Positions 14,780 through 27,250 of a stretch of 64,000 bases of DNA are shown piece after piece; the first letter of the stretch is position 1; each line of letters starts with the position of its first letter. Under the pieces are notes generated by a model that did not search any database, had not been told where the DNA came from, and saw only the letters and a list, made by a program, of their open reading frames with translations. Source of the DNA: Octopus sinensis (lineage: Eukaryota). Location of the stretch: positions 29,512,001-29,576,000 of the forward strand of contig NC_043002.1 in assembly GCF_006345805.1 (NCBI RefSeq), given 5' to 3'. The translations under genes and the position numbers were made by a program.

Positions 14780-15442
14780 TTTCTATCTTCTCCCACTTTC
14801 CCCATACAATAGCCATTCCTTCCGTGCTCTGTTTGCTATAACCAGAAATAGCTCTGATGAAAATAACATTAATTGTCTTAGGTCGTTCAATGTTCCTCAG
14901 TTGATTAATAGACCAATTAAATAAGCTTATCAGTAGTGTACCTATAATGACTACTGGAAACAGCTGTAAGCCATATTTGCTTCAATAAAGGAAAAATATG
15001 TTTCTATCTTCTCCCACTTTCCCCATACAATAGCCATTCCTTCCGTGCTCTATTTGCTATAACCAGAAATAGCTCTGATGAAAATAACATTAATTGTCTT
15101 AGGTCGTTCAATGTTCCTCAGTTGATTAATAGACCAATTAAATAAGCTTATCAGTAGTGTACCTATAATGACTACTGGAAACAGCTGTAAGCCATATTTG
15201 CTTCAATAAAGGAAAAATATGTTTCTATCTTCTCCCACTTTCCCCATACAATAGCCATTCCTTCCGTGCTCTATTTGCTATAACCAGAAATAGCTCTGAT
15301 GAAAATAACATTAATTGTCTTAGGTCGTTCAATGTTCCTCAGTTGATTAATAGACCAATTAAATAAGCTTATCAGTAGTGTACCTATAATGACTACTGGA
15401 AACAGCTGTAAGCCATATTTGCTTCAATAAAGGAAAAATATG
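14780..15442 (+). repeat. Exact three-copy tandem array of a 221-bp unit, each with hammerhead-ribozyme core motifs
   Basis: Units start at 14780, 15001 and 15222 (663 bp = 3 x 221) and differ at about one position. Each has CTGATGA (14854, 15075, 15296) and GAAACAGCTGTA (GTA ending 14968, 15189, 15410). Confidence 0.95.
14845..14980 (+). ncRNA. Putative type-I hammerhead ribozyme with a 96-nt insert at helix II (repeated at +221 and +442)
   Basis: Helix I AAATA-GCT pairs with AGC(CA)TATTT; then CUGAUGA; 7-bp hairpin CAGTAGT/ACTACTG directly before GAAA; palindromic helix III ACAGCUGU; GUA triplet. Helix II does not close directly on A9, so activity is uncertain. Confidence 0.5.
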
Positions 15443-15769
15443 TAATGACAAATATTTTAAACTTGTTTCTAATATATCACACTGTGTAAAACTAGTTTGT
15501 GTATCCCATCTATGCATTTACAATGTAGAATTGTGATGAACCGTAACCTTGGACTCAACCACTAGATTACCTGAAATTCTTCACTAATCTAAGTAATAGT
15601 GTTAGGCTGGTGTGCCAACAAAGAGCTTGTAAAGTATTTCCCCCCAGATTGATAATCCCTCACTATTTGTTCTATATATATTTGTATCGTCTATCTGAAT
15701 GTTTTGCTGTTCCTTTCTTGTATCACCTAACTGTCTGGATGTTTTACGTTCTTGTCCCATTTTGTATAT

Positions 15770-16107
15770 CGGGGGGACCCCCTTCAGTCACGACACTGAC
15801 CATAGGATTGCACCTAGAAAGTTACCCTCCTGGTTACAAGTCTGGGCAAGGTGGTTTATGGAAGACCAGCAGTCGCCCATGCATACTGGCCTCCCCTCTC
15901 CACGCCACCAGTGTTATCTAAGGGAAAGACAAAGGTCGATACAGCTTGGCACCAGTGACGTCGCAACTCATTTCTACAGCTGAGTGAACTGGAGCAACGT
16001 GAAATAAAGTGGCTTGCTCAAGAACACAACACGCAGCCCGGTCCGGGATTCGAGCTCACAACCTCACGATCGTAAGCTCGACGCTCTAACTACTGAGCCA
16101 TGCGCCT
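15770..16107 (-). mobile_element. tRNA-derived SINE (family C)
   Basis: Minus strand: GGCGCATGGCTCAGTAGTTAGAGCG (A box), GAGCTCGAATCCC (B box), then GTGTTGTGTTCTTGAGCAAG..ACTTTATTTCACGTTGCTCCAGTTCACTCAGCTGTAGAAATGAGT body. Confidence 0.85.
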
Positions 16108-16134
16108 TCATTTTGAATTAGCTACTGCACGCAT

Positions 16135-16312
16135 TTTTTTTCTCTCCTTCTTTCTGTGTTTTTTTTCTCTCTGTGTATCTTTCTGTTGAAGAGCGTAGGC
16201 TCGAAACGTTAAAGACTTGTTTTATTTATATTTCCTGAGCGCCATACTAATACAATTGTTCGTTTGTTTTCCACCTGCCTTCGTCTTTTGTCTATTTTCA
16301 TAAAGCTTCTCG

Positions 16313-16315
<3 letters not shown>
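16135..16315 (+). mobile_element. Penelope-like terminal (pLTR) fragment, inverted relative to the 13375-13530 copy
   Basis: TTGAAGAGCGTAGGCTCGAAACGTTAAAGAC...CCTGAGCGCCATACTAATACA matches the reverse complement of the 13.4 kb copy. Confidence 0.45.
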
Positions 16316-16358
<43 letters not shown>

Positions 16359-16386
16359 TATATATATACATACATACATACATACA

Positions 16387-16421
<35 letters not shown>

Positions 16422-17592
16422 CAAATTGCCGGTCTCTTACTCTCCGAAGCTCGAGCTACAAGCATTTTGTTTGGGGGACTGGTTCACTCCAAATCAGTGA
16501 ATAACTGATATGTGCGACACATATCCAGGATCTAATAGCACTCCGAGGCTGTATTCTTTTCCTATAGGGAAGTCTTCTGGGGACTTTAACAGATACTAGC
16601 ACTCTGTGACTGAACTGACCTCGTAATAATTGTAACTAAGGGATTAAATTCACAGTACCCCTAACTCTTTAACACTCTTCACCAGATAGCGTTTAATGTT
16701 TTGCTGTGTACATTTGTGTGTGAGTGTATTTGCATTATCGACTGACATCGGTGCAACTAGACTCAACACTCGAAGTGTACATTCCACGTGAAATTTGGTC
16801 TCACGTTGTAACAATTCTAACAATCGAATATCCTACATAAAAATAAAAGTATTTTAACGAGGTCGCTCGGATTGCTTGAAAGAGGCGCCAAATCTCCCTC
16901 ATGTCATATGATATAATCTTTAAAGTAGGAGAAATATCTATCTTACATGGAATAAAATTTTTAAATGCAGGTGGTCAAAATAAACTTTTAAATTAAAATC
17001 TTTTAAATTAAAAACTCAAATGCCACCAAATATTCATTTTCTTTGGCAGCATTATATTACAAAACATTAGAGCATAAAACTGAACCAACAAGACTTTTGC
17101 ATAGGCTACTAGCTGTTCACCCGCTTCGCATCACTGCTTTTATAAAAAAAAAAGCATACACACATCAGATGTCATGGCTAGAATACATTTGTTCATAACC
17201 CAAGTTCGGGATACGTATGCTAGGAAGAGGAAATTTCTACGACTGTAGAAAATCCATCAGACTGCTAAATCCAATGTGTGGATCTAGGAAAGATTAAAAT
17301 ACAATCCAAATAAAATAAATCAAAAGGAAAATTTTAGCACATCTTTGATGAACAATTACAAATACTTCTGTATAGCATCCTGCTTTTAATGTCATTGTTT
17401 TTGCATGCAGTGGCGTTGAAAACAGTGGTAACGAAACAATCGCATCTGCTTATTACACATGCTAAATTATGTCTTTATGTTCTCATATAAATTATATGTG
17501 TGTGTTTGTGTGCATATTTGTAAGTGTGTGTGTGTATGTGCGTATGTGTGTGTTTGTGTGCATATTTGTAAGTGTGTGTGTGTATGTGCGTA

Positions 17593-17625
<33 letters not shown>

Positions 17626-18044
17626 ATGTATGAGTGTATGCATGCATAACTTACTGGTTTCATGATGCTTCAAAAATAAAGCCAGTTCTTACGCACAGCT
17701 CTCCATAAAAGTAAAAGCTAACTCAGATTTGTACGTAGATATAAGACACAAACATACAACAATATCTCACTTTATGCGGACTCGCTTTAAGAGACCCGGA
17801 TTCACGAGTTTTATTTTACAAGCACAAGATTCATTCAAATTTTTAACGAAGTGCAAAACTTTCTACTACAATATCAAAGGAAATTATAGAAAGCGGAAAG
17901 CAACAAACACTAGACTTGATTTTTAGAAAAATCTACAAGTCCTTCTACGAGTGATTGTGAATCGGTGATCCCGTCAACAAATGATGGTGTGCGCAAGTCT
18001 AGTGCGACTGAAAGTGATGCAGAATACGATTATAATAATAATTA

Positions 18045-18257
18045 TTTCAAAGTTTTTTGCCAAAAAAGCATCTTGGGTAAGGTGGAGATGAGTCGATTAC
18101 ATCGACCTCAGTGATCAACTGGTACTTATTTTATCGACCCCGAAAAGATGAAAGCAAAGTCAACCTCGGTGGAATTTGAACACAGAACGTAGCGACGGGC
18201 GAAATAATACTAAGCATTTCGTCCAGCGTGCTAAGGAATCTGCCAGCTCGCCGCCTT
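18045..18257 (-). mobile_element. tRNA-derived SINE (family B)
   Basis: Minus strand: GGCGGCGAGCTGGCAGA head, GTGTTCAAATTCC B-box-like motif, TTTCATCTTTTCGGGGTCGATAAAATAAGTACCAGT body. Flanked by (AAT)n. Confidence 0.85.
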
Positions 18258-18258
18258 A

Positions 18259-18340
<82 letters not shown>

Positions 18341-18370
18341 TAATAATAATATAAATAATAATAACAATAA

Positions 18371-18574
18371 TGGTTTCAAATTTTGACGCGAGGGCAGCAA
18401 TTTGGCGTGAGAAGATGACTCGATTGCATCGACTCCTGTGTAGTTATTTTATTGACAGTGATGTATGAAAGGCAAAGTCAACCTGGACGAAATTTGAACA
18501 CAGAACGTAAAGACGGACAAAAAGCTGCTTAGCGCACCATCCGGCGTGCTAATAATTCTGCTAGCTCACTGCTT
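18371..18574 (-). mobile_element. tRNA-derived SINE (family B), diverged copy
   Basis: Same motif order as 18045-18257 (GGCAAAGTCAACCT, AATTTGAACACAGAACGTA, CCGGCGTGCTAA, CTGCTAGCTC). Confidence 0.75.
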
Positions 18575-19404
18575 TTATGATTATAATAAAAGTATTTTTT
18601 TTATCATAAACAATCTTGGAATTCTTTTTAATTTATATTAATTGTTCTTTACATTCTACTGTTGTTTTTTCTATTTATTTACCAGTATTATAAGTTTTAC
18701 TGGTAAAATATTTTTTCTGAGAACGAATTACAATTTATAACATTGCTACTATGGGGAATTATCGCTCTGCTTTACGACTGTTCGCTTTACGAGGGTCTCC
18801 GGGAAAAATTAACTCGTACATCGAGGCATTACTTCAATCGAAGAAAGCTATTGTTTAAGCCTCTGTTAAAGTAGATCAAAGACATTCTGGCCGAGACCAT
18901 CCCACCTTTTTTTTCTAATGTATGCTTGCCTACGTTATATAACATGCTGTTTCCTTATTATGGAAGATTTTGCTTTCGTTTCTATAGAATCGTTAAAAAC
19001 TTACAAACGCGTTCTAGCTTTAGTCTGAAATTTGAGTCAAATGAGAATCGAACTCTGGATATCATGCGACGCAACTATATACAAACCACAGCAGACTATA
19101 GTTTTGACTTTGTCACTGTTACAATTACGCACGAAATTGTAAGAGAGTGTATATTGATCCATTCAAGATACCATATATATGCAATCTTAAGAATAAGTAC
19201 ATACACAAATACATATTCTCCCTAGCTCTCTTTCCCTCTCTCCCTATCTCAAACGCACACAAACAGACTTGGACACACTTATTACATATATGTGTGCGCG
19301 TGTGTACGCATGTATGCATATATCTATATTTGTAGCGCTATATATGAGACCGTGTGAGCAAAAGAACGTATGTGTGTATGTGTGTGCATGTGCGTGTATA
19401 TATG

Positions 19405-19446
<42 letters not shown>

Positions 19447-19767
19447 ATCTTTTTTCTTTCTCACTGGTTCCATATTGTATGCTACCAATATAAAGCCTGT
19501 TCTTTTTGTGTATGGGCTAATTCAGACATATACGCACATATAAGACTCAATCACTCATAATCACTCAAGCACTTTCAAGAGTTTGCTTGTAAGCATTTAT
19601 GTCTCTCTATGCATCTTGTGTTTAAATACTATCTCTCAAATACACAGATTATATATGAGAAACTAATGGCAGTGAAAGGAGGAAGAAAAATATATAAATT
19701 AAAGACGATGGTGTCTATCTTTGAAAACGTTAGCCAAAGTCCCAACTCTACCATTTTACTGTTCCCG

Positions 19768-20001
19768 CTGTAACACAGAATTATTATATCGATTCGTCAA
19801 CACAGCCTCTTTGATCTTTGGCCGGTGAAACCTCACATGTTATGATCGGCCACCAGTGCTTGGTCAGTTATAGGAAAGAAAAAAAGGAGTAAATAAGTAA
19901 ATACATACGTTATATAAATAAGAAGACCGGCCATTGAAAATAGTAGTAGTTTAGGAGGTAAAACACTTTAATCAAGTAGTATAATTGCGTGAGTGTATAC
20001 A

Positions 20002-20043
<42 letters not shown>

Positions 20044-20379
20044 ATATACCTGAATACGTTCACGTATACAAATACACACACATGGCATTATCATTATTAT
20101 GGCGTACGTTTTTTAAAGCAGCAGCGATATGCGTTTGTATACGTATGCGTGCGAGTGGATGTATAATGTATGTAACTATGTGAACTAGTACACTCTTTCA
20201 GCCACACACACACACCACACACCACACTCACACACACACACACCACACATCAACCATATATATATATAGTATATATATATATATATATTATATATATATA
20301 CTACAAAATAAAGTGTTTTAGCTTTGTAAAATCCGGTATTTCAATAGCCGGTGCTTTCTATACATAACGGTTACGTACG

Positions 20380-20415
<36 letters not shown>

Positions 20416-20518
20416 CATATATATATATATGTATATATATATGAATGTATGTATGTGTGGTGTAGTATGTGCGTTGTGTGTTTGTGTATGCATATATATA
20501 CAAATATATATATGTACA

Positions 20519-20585
<67 letters not shown>

Positions 20586-20644
20586 ATATATATAATATAT
20601 ATAATTAATATACATACACAATCACACACCATACACACACACAC

Positions 20645-20704
<60 letters not shown>

Positions 20705-20823
20705 CGTTTTTCTTTCGTATAACTGACCAATAACCAGTGGCCGATCATAACATACGAGGTTTCGCTGGCCAAAGATCAAAGAATGTGTGTTGACAATGTT
20801 ATATTATAATTCTCTGTTACAGA
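19768..20823. repeat. Inverted repeat arms of ~120 bp (~19768-19885 and ~20703-20823) enclosing microsatellites
   Basis: CTGTAACACAGAATTATTATAT..GTCAACAC..CTTTGATCTTTGGCCGGTGAAACCTCACATGTTATGATCGGCCAC..TTGGTCAGTTATAGGAAAGAAAAA matches the reverse complement of the right arm with scattered substitutions. Confidence 0.85.
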
Positions 20824-22124
20824 CAGAATATCTTAAATGCATACTTATATACATACATATACACACACTCACATGTATATGTATATATGTATGTGTGCAT
20901 ATTTGCATGTATACATCTATGTACATACGTATATATACATATATTCATATGCATATGTTTATATGTATATATGTATATGTGTATCTACGTGCTACACATT
21001 CTTCGACCCTGTAAAGTCTTAGTTGTTGATGTTATTACTTAAGCGAGGGACACCCTAAACCAGCTTATCCATGATCAAATGCAACTCAACCGTGAACATC
21101 CTGCCTGTTTTAATATATGCATGGCTATATTATTTAAACTAGATTAGTATCATCTGATAGATATTTAGCTGCTATTTCTACCAGATGTAACTATCTTAAG
21201 GAGTTGGCCTCATTTCAGCGAGACCTCGATAAGAATTGAACTCTGTACATAATGGGTCGTAAATACTGAATACCGCAGATTGTTTGTAAGATTATTACTG
21301 ATACGCATAAAAATAATATGAGGAATTTTTATCAATCCATTCAGGAAATCACGTATGTACACCATTTATAGATTAACATACCTACATGGAAACTCACTCT
21401 TATAGATATACGTATATAAATGCATACGTGGATACATATGCATACATATATAATTCTACATATATGTATATGTGCGTGTACATATATATGTATGCGTGTG
21501 TGTGTGTGAATGTGTATATACATGCTATCACGTATATGAATATATATGTAAGTATACATCTGCAAATATATATCATATAAATATATAAATGAGTTTATAT
21601 ATACGTGAATATGTATGTATGTATGTATGTATGTATCTATTCATCTCTTTTTCCTCCTCTCTCTCTCTCTCTCTCTCTCTCTTGTATATATATAATATAT
21701 ATATATGTACAGGTACATTCTACCCGGCACCAAAAGCATACAGCTATATGTGTATGTTCTTTGGTCTAGTTGGTAAATACCCATATAATTAGTGTGTTTG
21801 TGTGTGTATGTGTGTGTGTGTTTGTGTGTGCGTGCGCATGCGAGTGTGTGAGCGCGTTTATTCGTGTGTGTGTATATGTCCACGGCTTTGTTCGTCTTCC
21901 CGCACGCGCCTTTAGTATATAGCGATTGATTTTTAGTAAGTCTTTTTTGAAGTTGATTTCTGCGTTTTACTCTTCTGTATTCTGGATAGAAACCATACTG
22001 TTTTCATGTTCTTTTATATATTAACGTAGTTTTTCTTTCTATTATTTTCGAACAAGGCGTCAAAGAGATTCGACTTCAAGTTTAATGTTGAAAAAGAGAA
22101 ATCGTGTATTTATAAGTTTGTATA

Positions 22125-22185
<61 letters not shown>

Positions 22186-22464
22186 TGTGTGTGTGTGTGT
22201 ATGTACGTGTTTGCGTATGAGCGTGTATCAGTGTGTCTGTATACCAACAGTTGAGTTCGTTTATTGTTATGTCATGTGCGACTAGAATGCTTGCAGTGCT
22301 GATAATCATAGGGCTTTTCTAGTGAGCACGATGAAAATGATGATGATGATGAGGAGGAGGAGGAGGAGGAGGAAGATGAGGATGGCGACGACGACAATGA
22401 TGATGACGATCATGACGACGACGACGATGATGGTGAAGGTAATATTCGAGTTGGTGATTATCAT

Positions 22465-22502
<38 letters not shown>

Positions 22503-22504
22503 GT

Positions 22505-22671
22505 ATATACTCGACGGGATTATTTCTGTTCCCGTCTACCAAACTACCAAATCCACAAGGCTTTGATCGGCTCGAGGCTATAGTAGAAACAACTTTCTCC
22601 AGTTTCCATGCAGTGGGACTGAACCCGGAAACATGTGGTTGGGAAGCAAGCTTCTTACCACTCAGCCACTC
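22505..22671 (-). mobile_element. tRNA-derived SINE (family A), 5' half
   Basis: Minus strand GAGTGGCTGAGTGGTAAGAAGCTTGCTTCCCAACCACATG..CCGGGTTCAGTCCCACTGC head; matches 24309. Confidence 0.8.
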
Positions 22672-24308
22672 TTAAAAAAAAAAAGAGCGTTTATTTCGTT
22701 CAAAGCATAACTCTCTACGTGTTATCTAATATACAGCAAGCAGATGTCAGGTTTAAAACATTGTGATAACCTTCCATGACTAAGCACATTCTTTCATATA
22801 TTTGATATTATTTCATGAAATCTAGCTTCTCTCTCTAGTAAAATGCATAACTTCTAGTTGTGAGCCACTAACCAACCTTTTCGCAAATCACGAACTGCAA
22901 TTGACAGAACACGTTCTCCTCCAAATATCTTTCTCTCTCCTTTTTCTTTCTCCCTCCCCCTCACTAAAATGAAGGACAACACAATACTTTCCAGTAAAGT
23001 AAATAGTTATTAATTGTTACGAAGAAAGGCGGACAGTGACTTCGATGTTTCGGGTAAAAAGCTGTCATCTGTTGTGTCAGGCGAAACATTCAAGTGACTA
23101 TCGAACATTTCCATACAAAAACTAATATATGAAGCATCTGTGTGTGTGTGTGTATGTGTGTATATGTGTGTGCGTATGTGTATGTGTGTGTGTATCTATA
23201 TGGAAAATAATTTTCTTAAATTAAAAATTACCATTTATATACAATATAAGCATAGTTCTGAAATAACAGTTATTTAAACTATAAAGAATAATTTTTTCAC
23301 ACGAGAAAATATTTTTCCAAATATTGTATTTGTATCAAAAATTTTGCTCAAGACGTGCGCAGGAACAGCGGAGTATTTGATTAAAAATTTCAATTTATAG
23401 TCACGTGGTACGTAAGGTTAAAAGTAGTGACAAATTCTGTCTATCACGTGGATCATGCGTGCAAAATATCAGTTCATGAATTTAAGCAAATCCAAAAATC
23501 CGTTGAACTATGGAATTCAGAAGGCTAAGAAGCTAATGACATATATTAGATCCTAAACATTCGGCTTCACAAATCATGCACATTTGTCCCCATAAAGATT
23601 CAGTTCTAGTTCTATAGTGTACGATAGGAATGTAATTAATAAAAATCGTTGGGATAAAATCACACTGATGTTTCCTCCTCTCAAGAAAACCTTGCATTTA
23701 TTCACTTCTAGTTTTGCAATATTTTGCTAAGTATTTCCTTGAAATTAAACAGCAAATGTACATCACAAAAGGCATTCATCAACAATACTATCCGAGGATG
23801 TTTGTGCATTTGCTGAGATATTACAACGATTTGCGTAAACATGCTGCTCATGTGATATTGCAGATGAATTTTCTATAAACTGAGTGACAGAACATTGATA
23901 AGATCTGTGTAACATTACTTGAGATTACCTGTATATCGATTTCCAGGTGTCATCGCCAGAAGATTTTTTTGCGAATATTGCATATACTGACATGAACTTT
24001 GTGTGTAGTATATATTCATTAGCTTACTATATTGGCAAAAGACCGCGAAATAGCAGTAACAACGTTTAACACAGATATACACAAGAAGCATTCACCAAAT
24101 GAATCCCACATTCACACCTGTATGTGGATGGATGTATCTGTGTATTACACACACATAGATATACATCCATAATACATACATACTATATGCATAACACAAT
24201 ATATATATATATATATATATAAATATATATATATATATCTTATATATAATATGTGTGTGTGTGGTGTGTGTGTGTGTGGTGTGTGTGTATATTATATATA
24301 TATATATA

Positions 24309-24711
24309 GGCGCAGGGGTGGCTGTGTCGTAAGTAGCTTGCTAACCAACGACATGGTTCCGGGTTCAGTCCCACTGCGTGGCATCTTGGGCAAGTATCTT
24401 CTGCTATAGCCCCGGACCGACCAATGCTTTGTGAGTGGATTTAGTAGACGGAAACTGAAAGAAGCCTGTCGTATATATGTATATATGTGTATGTGTGTGT
24501 GTTTGTGTGTCTGTGTTTGTTCCCCTAGCATTGCTTGAAAACCGATGCTGGTGTGTTTACGTCCCCGTCACTTAGCGGTTCGGCAAAAAAAAAGAGACCG
24601 ATAGAATAAGTACTGGGCTTACAAAAAGAATGAGTCCCGGGGTCGAGTTGCTCGACTAAAAGGCGGTGCTCCAGCATGGCCGCAGTCAAAATGACTGAAA
24701 CAAGTAAAAGA
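24309..24711 (+). mobile_element. tRNA-derived SINE (family A), full length
   Basis: A box TGGCTGTGTCG, B box GGGTTCAGTCCC, CORE-like GGCATCTTGGGCAAGTATCTT, internal (TG)n, tail GGCGGTGCTCCAGCATGGCCGCAGTCAAAATGACTGAAACAAGTAAAAG. Confidence 0.9.
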
Positions 24712-24738
24712 AAGAAATAAAGAAAGAAATAAAGAAAG

Positions 24739-24850
<112 letters not shown>

Positions 24851-24884
24851 GTGTGTGTATAGATTTCTTGAAATTATTTCACCA

Positions 24885-25932
24885 TCAAAGCTGCGGTCAT
24901 GCTGGAGCACCACCGTTGACTCTCCTACATAATTATTTGAAACCACCTCTGTTATGTGGCTTCTGGTAAACGAGGGAATTTGATGCTACTGTCCTCATCT
25001 GTGTTTCCTGCTGTGAGGTAGGCTCATCTGGAACCCTCGACAAATGGAGATCCAGTTTTGTTTTGAAGATATTACATCCACACCAAGCAGGTTTCTCAAT
25101 CATATTGGAAAGATATTGAAGAGCTGTGGGCCCTTGAAACCCAAGCTGTTGCAGTATCTGCTGCTATACTTTGGTAGAGATCCTGGGATCTATTGCACCA
25201 TGCAGTGGCACCTGGTCTGCTCTTTGTGCAACTTTCAATGCCAAACTTTGGTTCAAGGCGTTCCAGGATTTTCCAGATGTATATCACTGCATATCATTCC
25301 CACTTTCGCGATAGGGTGAAGGGTTTTAATACTTTAAGTCTTTCCCAGTAGCTGATATGTTGCATTGGGTGATTTTATTTGTGTAGCTTCGTTGGATTGC
25401 TTCGAGTTCCGCCGTTAATTTTATAGTATGTGGTGGTCATAGTTGGGAGCAGTAATCCAAGCGGCTGAGAACGTATGCCCTCCAAAAGACCATCATTGTC
25501 TAATTTTCTTTTGTTTTGAAAGTTCTGAGTATCCATCAATCTAGCTGTCTGCATTTTATTACCAAATTGGTAATATGAACTAGGAGATATGCATCATTGT
25601 TCATGTCAATGCCCAGGCCACGCACTGATTTTGATTTAAGGATTGCGATTCTTCCGGGCCGATGTATCATGTCTGCATGTCGTTCAGCATTTTCTGCTGG
25701 TAGCACATGGCTTACAATTTTCCTGCATTAAACTGCATGTTTTTGTCCTCAGCCCACCTGCATATTGCGTCCAACATCCATTGCAGAAGTGCAATATTTC
25801 CAGGATTTTGTATTGTCAAGGGGGCTTCTGTGTCATCTCAGGGTGGCTGTCTGAGTAGTTGAGGGAATGTCTCAGAGGGCCACTATGAATAGCAGTGACC
25901 CTAAGACAGAGCTCTGTGGAACACCACTTGCT
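24885..25932 (-). mobile_element. CR1-clade LINE, decayed 3' fragment (RT motif 4 to 3' end)
   Basis: Minus strand encodes SGVPQSSVLGSLLFI (RT GVPQGSVLGP motif) and IYIWKILERLEPKFGIES, with stops and frameshifts. It ends GGTGGTGCTCCAGCATGACCGCAGC. Confidence 0.8.
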
Positions 25933-25945
25933 ATTTGTGTTTGCT

Positions 25946-26105
25946 AGCCTGGCTGTGTAATAAGAAGCTTGCTTCCCAACCACATAGTTCTGGGTTTAGT
26001 ACCATTGCGAGAAACATTGGGCAAGTGTCCTCTGCTATATCCTCGGACCGACCAAAGCCTTGTGAGTGGATCTTGTAGACGGAAACTGAAAGAATCTTGT
26101 ATATA
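25946..26105 (+). mobile_element. tRNA-derived SINE (family A), 5' half
   Basis: GGCTGTGTAATAAGAAGCTTGCTTCCCAACCACAT..TTGGGCAAGTGTCCTCTGCTATA..CCGACCAAAGCCTTGTGAGTGGAT..AGACGGAAACTGAAAGAA. Confidence 0.8.
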
Positions 26106-26669
26106 TATTTGTATATACATATATACATGCATACACACACACACACACACACACTCACACACACATATATGTATATATATATATATATATAGATAGATAG
26201 ATAGATACATAAATATATATATCTATATTGAAAACATATACACACGTAGATATAAAGGTTTGTGTATATAAATTTCTATATACGTTAATAAAAAGTTGGT
26301 GAAAATGTAATAGATGCAAATGCCATTCTTTCTTTCCGATGAACTTTTATAACCAATTAATTTTTGAAGGCAAATCGCTGCTTAAAAGAATCTATAAAAT
26401 TTACAATAGTTGATTTTAATGAACGTAGTTTTTTACGTACACATATACATGCATACGTATATACAAACCCTGTAAATAACATAAATTATATATCTTGTTA
26501 CATTCAAGCGCATCGAAACATGTGTGTTCTGCAGACGGTCGCTCATATTCATCAAAGCCAATTTTAATCTCAAAAAGTTATACCGACTCCAAGATATCTG
26601 ACATGACATTCCTTGCACACGCTATATATTGAAGTTTGAGAACCAAGTCGAAATTTACTTGTCGGGAGA

Positions 26670-26990
26670 AGGTGATTACCTCTGTAAGTCATCAACAAAT
26701 TACAGCTGCAGAAACTGGAGATTTCCCTTTGTTAGGAGGCTGAAGTGAACTAATTTGTGGTAGATTTGCTCTTGTAGTTAAAAATTTGGAATGAATTTCC
26801 CTTCTCAGGTGATGTTGGCTCTCAAGAAAGTAATTTTGAGTTATATATGCAAAGATGTTTCTGATGCAGCAGAATTAGCTGGGACCGGTTGATTAATTTC
26901 TCCATTGCAACAGTACATTGCATTTGTCTCTTCCCTTTATTCGCTAAGGAACTGTTACAAATTTTGGTCGTGGTATCAATTCAAACTACT
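26670..26990 (-). mobile_element. Decayed Helitron RepHel N-terminal relic
   Basis: Across frameshifts the minus strand gives ICN.., EETNAMYCCNGEIN, IYNS, ANIT*EGKFIPNF*LQEQIYHK and QFLQL*F. These parallel the Helitron motifs CC.NGKV, YNS.FQMTSFG, F.PTFKIQGQIYH and KFLQIYF in the right order. Confidence 0.55.
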
Positions 26991-27183
26991 TTATTCAGAA
27001 CCAGAATTATTTACGGTATGAAAAAGATATCCATACACGCAGATACACGTTTAAGTACACTCAAATACATCCACATATATCTATACATCCTTCACATATA
27101 TCTTCATTTGTCTACACATGCGCATATATGTATGTGTGTGTATATGTATATCTAAATATATGATTTACGTATATATTACATAT

Positions 27184-27250
<67 letters not shown>

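Noticed and set aside
14780-15442. CRISPR-like or satellite interpretation of this and the 44-bp repeats
   Set aside because: There are no unique spacers of regular length, no cas genes, and the context is eukaryotic.
15990-16107. tRNA genes at SINE heads
   Set aside because: A/B boxes run into SINE bodies and do not complete a cloverleaf.
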